From contig NC_068982.1 in NCBI RefSeq assembly GCF_001194135.2, positions 98,780,410 through 98,844,409 of the forward strand: a stretch of DNA of 64,000 bases, in the 5' to 3' direction. Positions 25,720-38,451 of the stretch are shown piece after piece (within the stretch, counting starts at the first letter, position 1; each line of letters starts with the position of its first letter). This DNA is from Octopus bimaculoides. Lineage: Eukaryota. The position numbers and the translations under genes are program-made. A model generated the notes under the pieces. It was not told the origin of the DNA. It searched no databases and saw only the letters and a program-made list of their open reading frames with translations.

Positions 25720-27057
25720 ATGCAAATACATATACACATACATGTAACTTAATTGGTTCCTGATAGCAACTCAAGTTTCATATTCAATGAAGACATTTGA
25801 TTACATTTAGGATAAAAACCAAAGCCTGATCCTCTATTCATCAAATATCTCTGCTTGAACATGAAACTCAGAGTATATCAAAAACATTCATACACTCTGA
25901 AATGAATTAAGACAACAAATTTCAATGTAAACACTAAACATGTAAACTTCATGACTCAAACTGTTTTATTCGACACACATATACAATACCGTCTCATTAG
26001 CTGACTATTTGACTAAAAGAAGCCATTGCAAGCTATTAGAAAAAATACAGTATACAAAATAAAATTAACCAGAAGATATACGAGTTAAATAGACAAGAAG
26101 AAAAAAAAATAAAATAAAATGCCACTGGATCGATAGATACATAATCATATGCATACTTACACACAGGCACGCGCACATGCGTATATGCAGAGAGAACTGT
26201 AATAGTTTGTTCTGGTTAATGGAGGAGGTGAAGTTAATTTTTCTAAATAAGGAGTTGGCTGCGATCAACTTATTTTTGTGAAATGAAATATAAAACTAAA
26301 ATAATGCATGTATGTACCTTACTGTAAGTAATTGTCATCACTGCAACCCTAACACTACTATGTCCATCAACAACAAATATACAACACCACCACCTCCACC
26401 ACTATTTACACTTCTCATATCGTTTATTTTTCCCAGCAAAGATAAGAAATAACAAATATAAGACCAAGTGAAATCTATCATGGTTTAAAAACAATAAAAA
26501 AAAATTTAATTTACTGATCTAGATATTTTATTTTTCTAAAAAATATGGTTTAATTATCTATTTTAAATGGTCAACAGGCTTCCTTAGCAAAAAGGGTTAG
26601 CAAATAATCTGGATCTATATCCTACCACCATTTCAAAGAGACAATCATTGAGACACTTGACTCAGGCTGACCTATTTATCTAGATGGTACACAGATGTTA
26701 TGGATTATTATCGCTGTTAATAATAGGTATAGGAAGTAATTGAAAACTATTTTATTGGTTCAGTATTGCCTACATAACTGGAAAATTACTCGTGTTTTCC
26801 CAAAATAATCCTGTAGATGCTTTTTTATTTGCAGGTTCTCTGGAGTTATCTTTCACTTGATCATCTCAACCATATTTATTAGCATTGGAGAGATGGAAGA
26901 CAGATTTTACACTGGCAGAATTAATATGAGAGAGAGTTAAGCAATGTAAAGTGTAGGTGTCTGATTGCTGTGCTGCTATCACTGAAACATAATCATAAAA
27001 CTATACCTCGAAAATGGATGTTAAATGAACATGATATATATATATATATATATATAT

Positions 27058-27253
27058 ATGGGAGAATATACAAAAAATAACAACAGACGAGGACAGGTGG
27101 TGTAAATAACAAAAGTATATATTAGTATGACGCTCGGGAATACGGAAAGTCTTTGACGTTTCGAGCTACGCTCTTCAACAGAAAGAATACGGAGACAAGG
27201 AGAAAAACACGGAGAAAAAAAAATTGAATAGTGTTCAGTCAACGGTCAATCAT

Positions 27254-27255
<2 letters not shown>
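27058..27255. mobile_element. Penelope-like terminal fragment inserted in (TA)n
   Basis: CpG-rich block containing gacgtttcgagctacgctcttc, typical of PLE termini (recall); flanked on both sides by (TA)n. Confidence 0.4.
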
Positions 27256-27284
<29 letters not shown>

Positions 27285-27703
27285 GGTGTTTTTTATGTGC
27301 CACCTGCACAGGAGCCAGTCCAGCAGCACTGGCAACGACCTCGCTCGAATGCTTTTTTCATGTGCCACCAGCACAAGTGCCATTAAGGCGATGCTGGTAA
27401 CGATCACACTCAAATGGTGCTATTTATGTGCCACTGGCATGGAAGCCAGATAGCTACTCTGGCAATGATCATGCTCGGATGGTGCTTTCAGCGCTCCAGT
27501 GGCACAGGTGCCAACACACAAACATATATACATATTTACCTATTTACCTCTATGAACATACATACGTGTGTGTCTGTGTGTGCGTGTGTGTATATGTGCG
27601 CACAAACGCAGGGAAAGCATTATAAATGTAATGGTGAAACAGAAGAGCTGAAGTAGAAACAATGTGCAAAAGTAGAAATGAACAAGCCATCAATAATATT
27701 GAT

Positions 27704-27748
<45 letters not shown>

Positions 27749-28484
27749 NNNNNNNNNNNNNNNNNNNNNNNNNNNNNNNNNNNNNNNNNNNNNNNNNNNN
27801 NNNNNNNNNNNNNNNNNNNNNNNNNNNNNNNNNNNNNNNNNNNNNNNNTATATATATATATATCTTAGTCTATGACTCAACTTCTCATCAGTTTCCCACT
27901 CCTAGTATCACTTTCCTTTCTTGCTGTCCAGAATCATACTCTTTTGGAAATCCCCACCTGCTACTAGCCACTTCGTACCTTGAGGTACCACCTGGACACT
28001 TCATCACCACATTTTATCTCTCTGGAAACACCAGCAGTTCATTTTCACTTTGTTAAATGCAAGTAGCCATGTTGCTTCTCAACATGAACCTGCGCTATCC
28101 TAACCTCTTCTCTCACACATTAACCACTATGTGACATAAGGACATGCTCCCTGCCCCCTTCCTCGGGTTTTGTAGATTCACAAGCTGTATGATGACCTCA
28201 ACAGACGCAGTGGTACAAAACGAGCACCCAGTACTCAATATCAGGTGGTTGGCATTAGGAAGGGCATGCAACCATAGAAACCATGCCAAAGCAGACACTG
28301 GAGCATGATGCAGAACTCTGAACCATTGGATCCTTGTCAGGCTACTCAACCCATGCCAGCAAGAAACATGGATGTTAAATGATGGTGATGATGATTATAA
28401 ATGTGTATGTATGTGTATATATATATATATATATATACACACACAAACACAAACACAAACAAACACACAGTCATATATATAAAG

Positions 28485-29840
28485 AGTGTTCAGGCTAAAT
28501 TTGATGATTTTTTTTTTATGTCTCTATTTATTAGGAACAGCTTGATGAACAGTCAATGACATTGGAAAGCATAAAGATTAAAGTTGTAGTTGAGAAAAAG
28601 TTAGCTAACATGGAGGACAGGAAGCCGTCTGAATATTGGAAAAATGTTACTTGCATCATAATGATTCGTACCGGTTATCAAAATGCTGACATCTGCTTAA
28701 GGCCATGTCAGCATTTTGCTGCTCAATGATTTGTGACACTGTAAAGGCTAGGAGATATAATATGGACAGTTGCATATGGACTATGAAGCTGTGACCAACA
28801 AGAAGGGACACAACAGGCGTCTGCACACCAGAATTCATCCAACAACTGCACAACAAGGTGATGGAAGATTCAAGAAAGGGAATCCAGGTTTTGGTGAAAG
28901 AGATGAGTGTTGGAGTCACCACAAAGATAGGCCTGAATGAGGACCTTCACTACTATCCATACAAGAGGTAAAAGGGACAAATTCCAATAGCCAAAGCCAA
29001 GGAGAACCACTTGACAAATGCGAAGAAGTTTCTAAATAGGTTCAGGCATCCTGGTGTAGCCATCTGGTTTCACCAGTCCTCAGTCAAATCGTCCAACCCA
29101 TGCTAGCATGGAAAGCGGACGTTAAACGACGACGATGATGATGATCCTGTTGGGCCAGGGATGATCTGATGCTTCTCAGATCAAATGAACTTATGGCTAG
29201 ACCAATTGCACAACACCCAGAACAATAGGTGACTCGCCTACAATTCATGTGATGTCCCACATATGAAACCAAGTTCCCCAAACTGTGACCACCTTTGGGT
29301 GTGTCTCCAGTGTTGGTAACACCATGCCACCCAACAACTTTGAACAAGGCTTCAGATGGCTATGTGAAGCTGCTGCAGACTATGGTCAAACCCTTGCTGA
29401 AGAGGGTTGCTGCTGGAAGGCCATATGCATGGCAGCAGAATTCAGTCCTTTGCCATACCTCTGGAAAGAGTCAAAAGTGGGTGTTGGAGAATTTTACCAG
29501 CCCTAATTTCTGACTTTCTAAATCCCTCAATTGTAATCCCATGGATTACTACATTTGGAATGTGGTTAAGGAAGACACCAACCACCCTAACTGCAATGCC
29601 AAGGTCAAGCTGATAGGCAAGATCAAGGAGGAATTTGAAGATCTTCCCAGGGACACAGGTAGGAATGCATGTGCCAGGTTCTGGAGTCATCTTGAGGGTG
29701 TGACGGAAGCTGAGGGTAACTACTTTGAGTAAACTGTTATCTGAGCCTTAATCTAGTTGATATCTTTTTAGATACTTTTACTTTGGATAGGGTATTGTTT
29801 TTCTTTTCCTTTTATGCAAATTGGTAAATTTAGCCTGATA
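28485..29840 (+). mobile_element. Near full-length degenerate maT-like Tc1/mariner element, interrupted by a SINE B fragment
   Basis: TIR-like tcaggctaaattt (28490-502) / aaatttagcctga (29826-38). Transposase pieces FSDQMNLWLDQ, VKPLLKRVAAGRPYAWQQNS..CHTSGKSQKW, NPMDYYIW..LPRD..ACARFWSHLEGVTEAEGNYFE, with stops and frameshifts. Confidence 0.8.
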
Positions 29841-30538
29841 TATATATGTTTTTATATTATTAATAAAATTAATAAAATTATTAATAATATTCACAGGAAA
29901 TCAATATTCAAATTTCCGAAAGATATATGTTTAATATGACACAGTAATCATTTTGAATTATAATTAAATTAAAATTAAAGATATACAAAATATAAATATA
30001 TATAAAAAATATAAAAATACATGCGTATATAAATGTTTATAAAAATGTATGCGTAATTGAGTATAAATATAGTTCTATTAAAATATTATGAAAGTCTAAA
30101 GTTTAAAATGCATCTAACGATTGTTTCACGAATATTATTGCCTTTATAATATAATCTAATATAGATAAGCATATTGGCAATAATTCCACTCTTTAGAGAT
30201 GTATAGAGTTATTATATATGTGTGAAAAACGAATGGTATATATAATAAGATGATATTAATTAAAATATTAAAAAATATTAAAAATATTAAAATGTATACT
30301 GTCCTTTGAGTCTTTATAAATGTAATCCCTCCTATAATTTGGAAAATTAATATTTTTCATTTGTAGAAATTTTAAATGATATATAGTTTTTTTTTAAATT
30401 GTTATGTTTTTCAGAATATTTGAGAATTCCAGTATATAATTATAGTAAAGTTCATCTTGTTGGATATATTGGTAATCCTATGTATGTATGTATGTATGTA
30501 TGTAGCACAATGCAATGATGGGGAATAAACAAACTTGA

Positions 30539-30830
30539 GGTTAGTTCAAATATGCTTGTGATATATTTTAACTCCTACAGGCAATTTCACTGCAGTTAAC
30601 CAAAAAGGTGTAGATACACCTTTGTCAGCACAATGGCACTCTTTTTTGGACTTTTAGACACTGAGAAAGGCGTAACAAGTCAGAAATGCATCTAGGTGTC
30701 AAAAAGAGAGTGCCACTGAGCTGATAATGGTGTATTTACACCTTACCAGAAGTGAAAATTTTCTTCTCCACAGTTAACTATAGTGAAGTTGCATTTAGAA
30801 GTTAAAATATGTGACATATTTGAATTAACC
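30539..30830. repeat. Degenerate 290-bp foldback (MITE-like)
   Basis: ggttagttcaaatatg...gcaatttcactgcagttaac pairs with gttaactatagtgaagttgc...catatttgaattaacc; inner pair ggtgtagatacacc..ggcactcttttt / aaaaagagagtgcc..ggtgtatttacacc. Confidence 0.7.
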
Positions 30831-31155
30831 TATTTATATATATACACTCGTATTTTGATTTCTATTTTCCTGTTTGTATCACCAAACCTATATATATCAG
30901 CATCATGATCAGTCATTTAATGACCACCTTCCAGGCTGTTGAATAATTTGACAGGAGCTCATAAGTCAGAAGACTGCACCAAGCACTGACATCTCACTTA
31001 TAGTGAGATTTCATGTTCTCAATCATTAGAGACAGTCTGATGATTGGAAACATGAAATTCAAATAACTACAAATGAAAATGCCAGCTGCAAGAACCATAA
31101 ATAACTCTTGCTTCTCAGTATGGAGTACTGTTTGCAACTTCTTGCCTGTAGCTAT

Positions 31156-31192
<37 letters not shown>

Positions 31193-32759
31193 AAGTATTG
31201 TAGACTCACTTTTCGATAATCTCACTTACTAACTAGTGATATATATACATGGTCTACAGCTAGTAGTTTTCTTAGTTAAATATTTTCTATTAAACTTAGT
31301 CAACAATATCTACTTCAACTTTTCTATGCCATAGTTAATCAGCCAACCATGACATACCACAGCTTTGACATATTTTCTTCATTGCTTAGTTAGAGAAAGG
31401 ACAGCACTTATGACTGTTCCAAGTAAACCTGTATACAGAGACATAACTTTGACCATCACATCACTTATAAAGACAGAGTGTCTAGAACTATGTTATTTAA
31501 TGTCTTCCCTTTTTTCTTTTACTTAGCACCAGCAGAGGTGCTTTTAATGTGGTACCAGCATGGGAGCACCTGTAAGCTTGCAAGACAAGGACCTCTTAAC
31601 TGTGAGAGGGAGTAGAACTGAGAGATTAGAGTATGATAAAGGGATTTTGTGACTTTAGAGAAATTTGACCACTATAAATAGCAGAACAAGCCATCAAACA
31701 GAGCCCTTTTTCTTTGTTACTTCCACACATTCAATTCACTTAACTAATGTCCTTAAACTCCCTTTTTTTTCTGCATAGTATAAAGGTTACAAATTATATG
31801 TAGTCTTACTAAATAGAAACCAATCATCAGTTACACAAAGATTATTTTCAGCTTGAGTAAGTTAAAAATCAAACTACAACATATGAACAGAATAAACAAA
31901 AATTTGAGAAAAAACAAACTCGATAAAAGATATCTTACCATTAGAAGGCTATATATGCAATATGTTTGTAACATGTGCATGAATGCACTTATCTGTTGAA
32001 TATCAAAGCTTTAACTGCCATTATCTCATAAAATCTGGGTCACTGTAAATGCATAAAACAAGTTTTTCTCAAGACTTAAGGCATGTTAAGTCTATGTCTC
32101 TCCTAAACTAGATGTTAATGATGGAGCACAGCATAGGCACAACCTGCTATCAATAAAAGACACTCGAAAATTGGTTCATTTGCTATGCCTGCTATCTCAA
32201 AACATAACCCTATATCCCCTCTGTACTATTTATACTACCCACCTATTCACTGTGGGCAGGCATTCTCTCTCTCTCTCTCTCACCCACCTTCCTCTCTTTC
32301 CTTGTCCTACTTAAGTAACCAAATATCTCCTCGATTGTAAGTGGGCTACCTCTGTTCCTCTATCACACTCTAATCTCTCCCTCTCACAGCTGAGAGGTCC
32401 TCGTCTTGCAAGCTTATAAGTGCTAGTGCCACATAGAAAGCTCCCCTGCTGGTTCAACACTAAAAGCACCCCTGTTGGCACTAATTAAAAAGCACCTATG
32501 CTGGTGCTACATATAAAACAATTGTCCTGGTGCCATGCAAAAAGCACCCAGTACACTGTGTAAAGTAGTTGGCATTTGGAAAGGCATCCAGCTGTAGAAA
32601 CCTTGCAAAAACAGGCAAATGGAGCATGATGCAGCTCTCTGGCTTGCCAACTCCTGTCAAACTGTTCAACCCATGCCAGCATGGAAAAAGGACATTAAAT
32701 GATGACAATGATGTTGATGATGATGCAGGAATCTCTAATTGTGGATGGAACCTGTAGAA

Positions 32760-32880
32760 AAGGTAGATCCAGGATGACATGGGACAAAGTGGTGAGAAAT
32801 GATCTTCAGATGTTGAGTCTCACAGAGGAGATGACAAGGAACCAAAAAATATGGTGATTTGCTGTGCTGGAGAAGCTAAG
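32760..32880 (+). mobile_element. RTE LINE 3'-end fragment
   Basis: Translates GRSRMTWDKVVRNDLQMLSLTEEMTRNQKIW, an RTE C-terminal-like stretch. Confidence 0.5.
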
Positions 32881-33937
32881 TAAAATCATGTATTCAGGCA
32901 CGTCCTTTACAGCCATGCTTCCCCCCCACACACACACACACTTTGTTCCCAATCAAAACTCCCCCACAACCCATCTTCCCAATACACTCTTCCCTCTACC
33001 AATGATCACTACCCACTGTAGGCCCCTCAACTCTCCCTAACATGCCAACCTGCACACACTCTCCATGCTCTCGCATTTACCATAGCCCCCTTCCCCCAGC
33101 CACTCCAATTTCTCTCACCATCACCAGCTTTAGACACCTCTTCTTTGACTCTAAACATTTCCCCTAACACTCTTACAAAACATCACCCTCTATCCTGTTT
33201 GTACCGCTTATCTTCACCACCACTGTACCTTGTGGTTTATCTAGTACATCCCCAACATTTCTTTCTTTCTTTCACTCTCTCTAACTCTATCTTCCCTCTC
33301 CTTTCTTTTCCTACTGGGGTAGCAAAGTATCTCTTCTATAGTAAGATACCTATCTCTATCCATCTAATCACTCAACCGGAACTAAGTCACCTCTCTCGCC
33401 CTTGCAAGCTACTTGGCAACCCCACTGGTACAATGTAAAAACACTATAGTAATGGCGCCACATAAAAAAAACACCCAGAACACTGTAGAGTGATTTGTGT
33501 TAGGAAGGGCATCCAACCACAGAAACCATTCCAAAGTAGACAACAGAACCTGATGCAATCCTCTGGCAGCATGAAAAGCAGATGTTAAATGATGATTATG
33601 ATTAACACAATCCATAAATATCAAAATATAATTAATGAATGTCCTTATAGGGTAATTTGTTTCTCTTTGATCATAACAAGAAAGATGAAAGTTTAGGTTG
33701 TTTCTAATAGAACTAAGGTTACAGAATTGTCAAATCCTTAGTCTCATTCACCTATAGTGAGTTGAACTTGAATATATATCTACAAGATTAATCTTATATT
33801 TTTAAATGACAGTATACATTGTCTGTTTATAGTCTCATTTAATGGCTCAAACACAAAGATATTAGATCAAGAAGTTATAAACTCACACCATTACATTGTC
33901 ACTGGTTACACAGTAAAAAAAAAATCAAAGTCCATTT

Positions 33938-34020
33938 CACTGTCACTTGTAGCTCTTACACTGTCACTTGTAGCTCTTACACTGTCACTTGTAGCTCTTA
34001 CACTGTCACTTGTAGCTCTT
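33938..34020. repeat. 21-bp perfect tandem repeat x4
   Basis: (cactgtcacttgtagctctta) repeated four times. Confidence 0.95.
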
Positions 34021-35877
34021 AACTTCTTATTCTTAAATATTTTTCACATCAGAAAAACTGCATCAAAATGTTTTGGTTTCTTTTTCTCTTTTATCTTTTT
34101 AGAATCAGAAAATCCTTCAGACTTTAACATTTACTAGTACAAATATGCACTACGCTTGAGTACTTCTTACACATAATGGTGCTCTTGTCAGCATTAGGAT
34201 ATACACAAAAAGTGACCACCTGATAGGTAAGGTCATATCAAATGATACCCAACTATTTTTAGACCACTATGGAGTTAGTAATTCTCTTTTGTAATGGCCT
34301 CAATCCCTCTAAAACTGTTGACAGGCACGGTTGTATGGTTTAGAAGCTCACTTTTCCATCAAATGGTTTCAGGTTCAGTCCAACAGCACAGAAACAAGTA
34401 AAAGATAAAAGAAACTAGAAGTACTGAGAAGCAAAGTCAGTTTTATATCATAACAAATTTGATGAGAACCTCACTTGATCTGCAGAAATAGCAGCCACAG
34501 ACTGCTTAAAAGACAAGGTGGTCATGACTAAAATGCTTTTGCCCAAAATTCTACATAATCAGAGATCACCTGGTACTAAACTACAATAAATTTGGTTAGA
34601 AAGCAATTTCCAAAAATCTGACAAGAATTCATTCACCTGACCTCACTCATTCTACAATGTCACTAATAAAAAACAATTTTGAAAAGACAAATTTCTATTA
34701 TAAACTAAAAAGTTATCTAGCTCATCCAATCTGGATAAGAATGTGATTTCTGAAAACCCAGCATCAATGAAGAAACATTTCCAAGCCAACTATAATTACA
34801 AGTTACTATTCATACACAAACCTCTCATCACATCACTTGGCACAAAGCTACCTCCCTCAATACTCCTCTCCCCCACCACCATTCAGTTAAGGAATGTTGT
34901 CTTACAGGTTACCTGGTGACCTTACTGCTGCTGGAGCCAAGTAAAAAGTACTCCTGTAAAGCGGTTGGCATTAGGAAGGGTGTCCAGCCATAGAAATCAT
35001 GCCAAAGCAGACAGTAGAGTTTGGTACAGTCTTCTGATTTGAAAAGATGATGATGATCTATTACAAACACACACATACATATAAATACATATATACACAC
35101 ACACAATGAACTTCTTTCAGCTTCAGTCTATCAAATTCACTCTCAATGTTTTGGCTAGTTCAGAGCTATCAAGAAGACAGTTGCCCAGGGTATCACACAG
35201 TGGGACTAAACACAAAACTGCATGGCTGGGAAACGAATTTTTTAATCACACAAACCTGTATATGATTTATTGTTGCTATGTCTTACATCTATACTTTCTC
35301 TAGATTTATGAAAGAGAAAAAACAAAATTTCACATTCAAAAGGGTACATAAAATTATTTCACTGGGAAATTCAAAATGAATGTAGTAATTTTAATGTGGA
35401 AATACTATCACACCTTGGCCTGTACCACTCATATATTACCTGTATAGAAACACACTGCTCTGATAAGCTTCACACTGTGACCTACTATATTACAACTCTG
35501 TGCCCAGAAACTTAAACTGACAGGTAAACAATAAACAGATAAGAAAATCAAATCCATATGTGAAGCAGGAATTAATAGTTTTCTACATGGAGTGATTTAC
35601 ACTTGCAGCTAAATAATAAAATACAATACAGACACAATTTAATAGTCCTGCATAATACATTTAGTAACTATCTCACTAGAGTTTAATTCAACAACCATTG
35701 TACACAGTTCATTTAGTAATCACTTCACTGTAATCGTTCTTACATAGTACATTTAATCAGCACTTCATCATTGCATTACCCACTCTCCCCAATCCCCAAT
35801 TCACTTCACGATATACACCTCCTTGTAACTTGGGGATATGGCCCCTTCTCTCTCCTCATTATATCTTACACTGTCTT

Positions 35878-35918
<41 letters not shown>

Positions 35919-36509
35919 TCATACAAGATAACCATGTTTCTCTTGTAATGCAACACACCATTTTTCTGTCCCTCAGTACTACTCCCCACCAGTTGAGGGG
36001 TCTTGCCCTGCAAGTTACTTGGTGACCTCACTGTTGCTGGTACCACAAAAAAAGCACCCTGTACACTTTGTGAAGTGGTTGGCATTAGAAAGGGCATCCA
36101 ACTGTAGAAATCATGCCAAAGCAGACAGTAGAGCTTGGTGCAGTCATCTGACTTGCCAGTTTCTGCCAAACCATCCAATCCATGCCAGAATGGAAAATGG
36201 AAATTAATTGATGATAATGATGATGATGATAAGTACATTAACTTACTTGACTATAGTTTAATCCAACAAATCTAACATAGCTGTAGTATTGGATATTCTT
36301 TAATTGCCTTATATAATTATGTTAATTTACTGACAGCAGAATTATATAAGATTATGATAGTCCTATACTGGTATCTGTTACAAAAGCTTGCCATAGTCAA
36401 CAACAGCTTGCCTTAGCCAATAACCTCTGGAATGTGAAAATTGTTGTGATGCATAATTTCAAATAATTAAAACCAAACTGTACACATAGATTACACTTAA
36501 ATTGTTAAG

Positions 36510-37119
36510 AACTTAAAAGAGACTGTTTATTACTTTGTTGACATGGTGATATGTGAGGAAACTAACAGATCATATGTGACAAATTTGCAAGCTTTCTGCA
36601 AATGGGCCCAAAAGGTAGAGCTTTCATTCAACATTTAAAAATGTAAATTCAGAGTTACTGAATCACAATTTTAGAGAAGACGAGTCCCACTACTTGGATC
36701 TATGATGCCTGGAAACTCCAATGAATTTGAACATTTCATTGGGTAAATTGTAAATTATTCAAAAGGAGAAAAAAGATTTGTTGATACTGCAGCACCCTTG
36801 TTTAAAACTAAACAAATCAACCATCTTCTGTTGTCAGTTGAATGTTTCATCAATTCATTTCACATTTGTTTTTCCGTCCTAGCAAGGGTTAGTTGAATAC
36901 ATATTGTTGGACATCGTTTTAAGCTTGATGCCCTTTTTGCCACTAACCAACAGCTCACTTTCAAGTAAGAACGTTTTCATTTCACTCATTTTCTATAGAA
37001 GAAGATAGTTGCTGCCCAAGATGCTGCACAGCAGGTCTGAAGTGAAAATAAATATTTGTGCAAAGGGAACTTTTTAACCACACGACCATATCTGTGCCTA
37101 TTCTGTTAATGTAATTGAG

Positions 37120-37176
<57 letters not shown>

Positions 37177-37200
37177 NNNNNNNNNNNNNNNNNNGAGAGG

Positions 37201-37241
<41 letters not shown>

Positions 37242-37640
37242 TATTATAGCAGTTTCTTTATTTGTTTTAACATACGATTCACTAGTTACTCTTGAAACAG
37301 ACACATCTGAATCACTGATGGCTATTCTAAAGGAAAACTGACACCCAATATAATTTCTGTTCATATAGATTGAAGGATATTGAAAAGAAATGACATACAG
37401 CAGAGTTAGAAGCCCCTGCTACATCACTCAAACAAATGTGACATAACCTGTTAGCACAAAAATTCAAATTTGTTACAGATCAACAAACAAGAGCTTTCCA
37501 ATTTGAGATTTGGTTTATTTGTTATCAAAAATTACTAAACTGTATTGTTGGAAGACTACCTCACAGAGTTCCCACATGAAATGCAATTTCATCCAAGAAG
37601 AGAGAGTTTTGGTTGCAAATGCCTTAAGCAGACATTCTGC
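36510..37640 (+). mobile_element. Ty3/Gypsy LTR retrotransposon pol relic (RT and RNase H)
   Basis: Degenerate RT TVYYFVDMVICEETNRSYVTNLQAF...LSFNI*KCKF (YLDD region); RNase H VTLETDTSESLMAIL, ELEA...HNLLAQKFKFVTDQ and VANALSR. Split by (GA)n and an N gap. Confidence 0.55.
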
Positions 37641-38245
37641 AATTGTTAAAGGGAACAACTTATATGTCAAACGGTGATAGGAAAAACAATGAAGAGATGG
37701 AACACTCTGGTTTAGATAGACAAATTGCTTATACGAAAAGATTCAATTGCAACAGCTTATTAAAAACCACTTTACAGATATAATTAGATTTATAAAGGTC
37801 AAGGTTCATCAGGATTACAACTGGCCACTTATCAAGAATATCTTGGCAGCGACAGTCATTTGATATTGTAGGACTGGAAAAGATTACTAAAACGAGCAAT
37901 TCTTACATTTAGACAGTATTTCATATTTATGTGTCATTCAATGTATCTCTTTATTATTCCTTTCGTTTGCTAAACTAAACTATTTTCATTAGAGATAAAG
38001 CAATCAGTCAAAGAGCATTTAAGGTTAGGAGTTGCCATCCTTCATCAAATAAAATAGATAAAATGAACAAAACAATAAAGAGATATGGAAATTGCTCAGT
38101 TATATCTAATGCAATAAAAGAAAACAGTTGAATAAAGAACACTAATGAATAATGAAAGCCATCTAGGATTTACTCATGCAATCACTTCATAGCATAATCT
38201 TTAACTTTATATGTACTACACTGGAAAGTCCAGATAATTTTATCC

Positions 38246-38451
38246 TTAACCTTTTAGCAGTTAAACTAGCCATATCTGGCCCAAATATTCTGTTTTATGT
38301 TCAAACAAGCCAGATCCAACATCTCACACCTAACCTACAATGTCTACATTATTGAAACTTCAAAGTTACAAGATAATACATAATTAATTCAAAATAATAT
38401 GAATAAATAAACAATACATTTGACAGAGTAATCTGAATGCTAAAGGGCTAA
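38246..38451. mobile_element. piggyBac-like MITE, third copy (inverted)
   Basis: TTAAccttttagcagttaaactagccatatctggccc...aatctgaatgctaaagggct; reverse-collinear with the other two copies. Confidence 0.6.

Noticed and set aside
26570-26960. Possible Tc1 relic (DHLNHIY*HW) or plus-strand exon after tttttatttgcag
   Set aside because: The similarity is too weak, there is no TIR, and I found no matching donor or partner exons.
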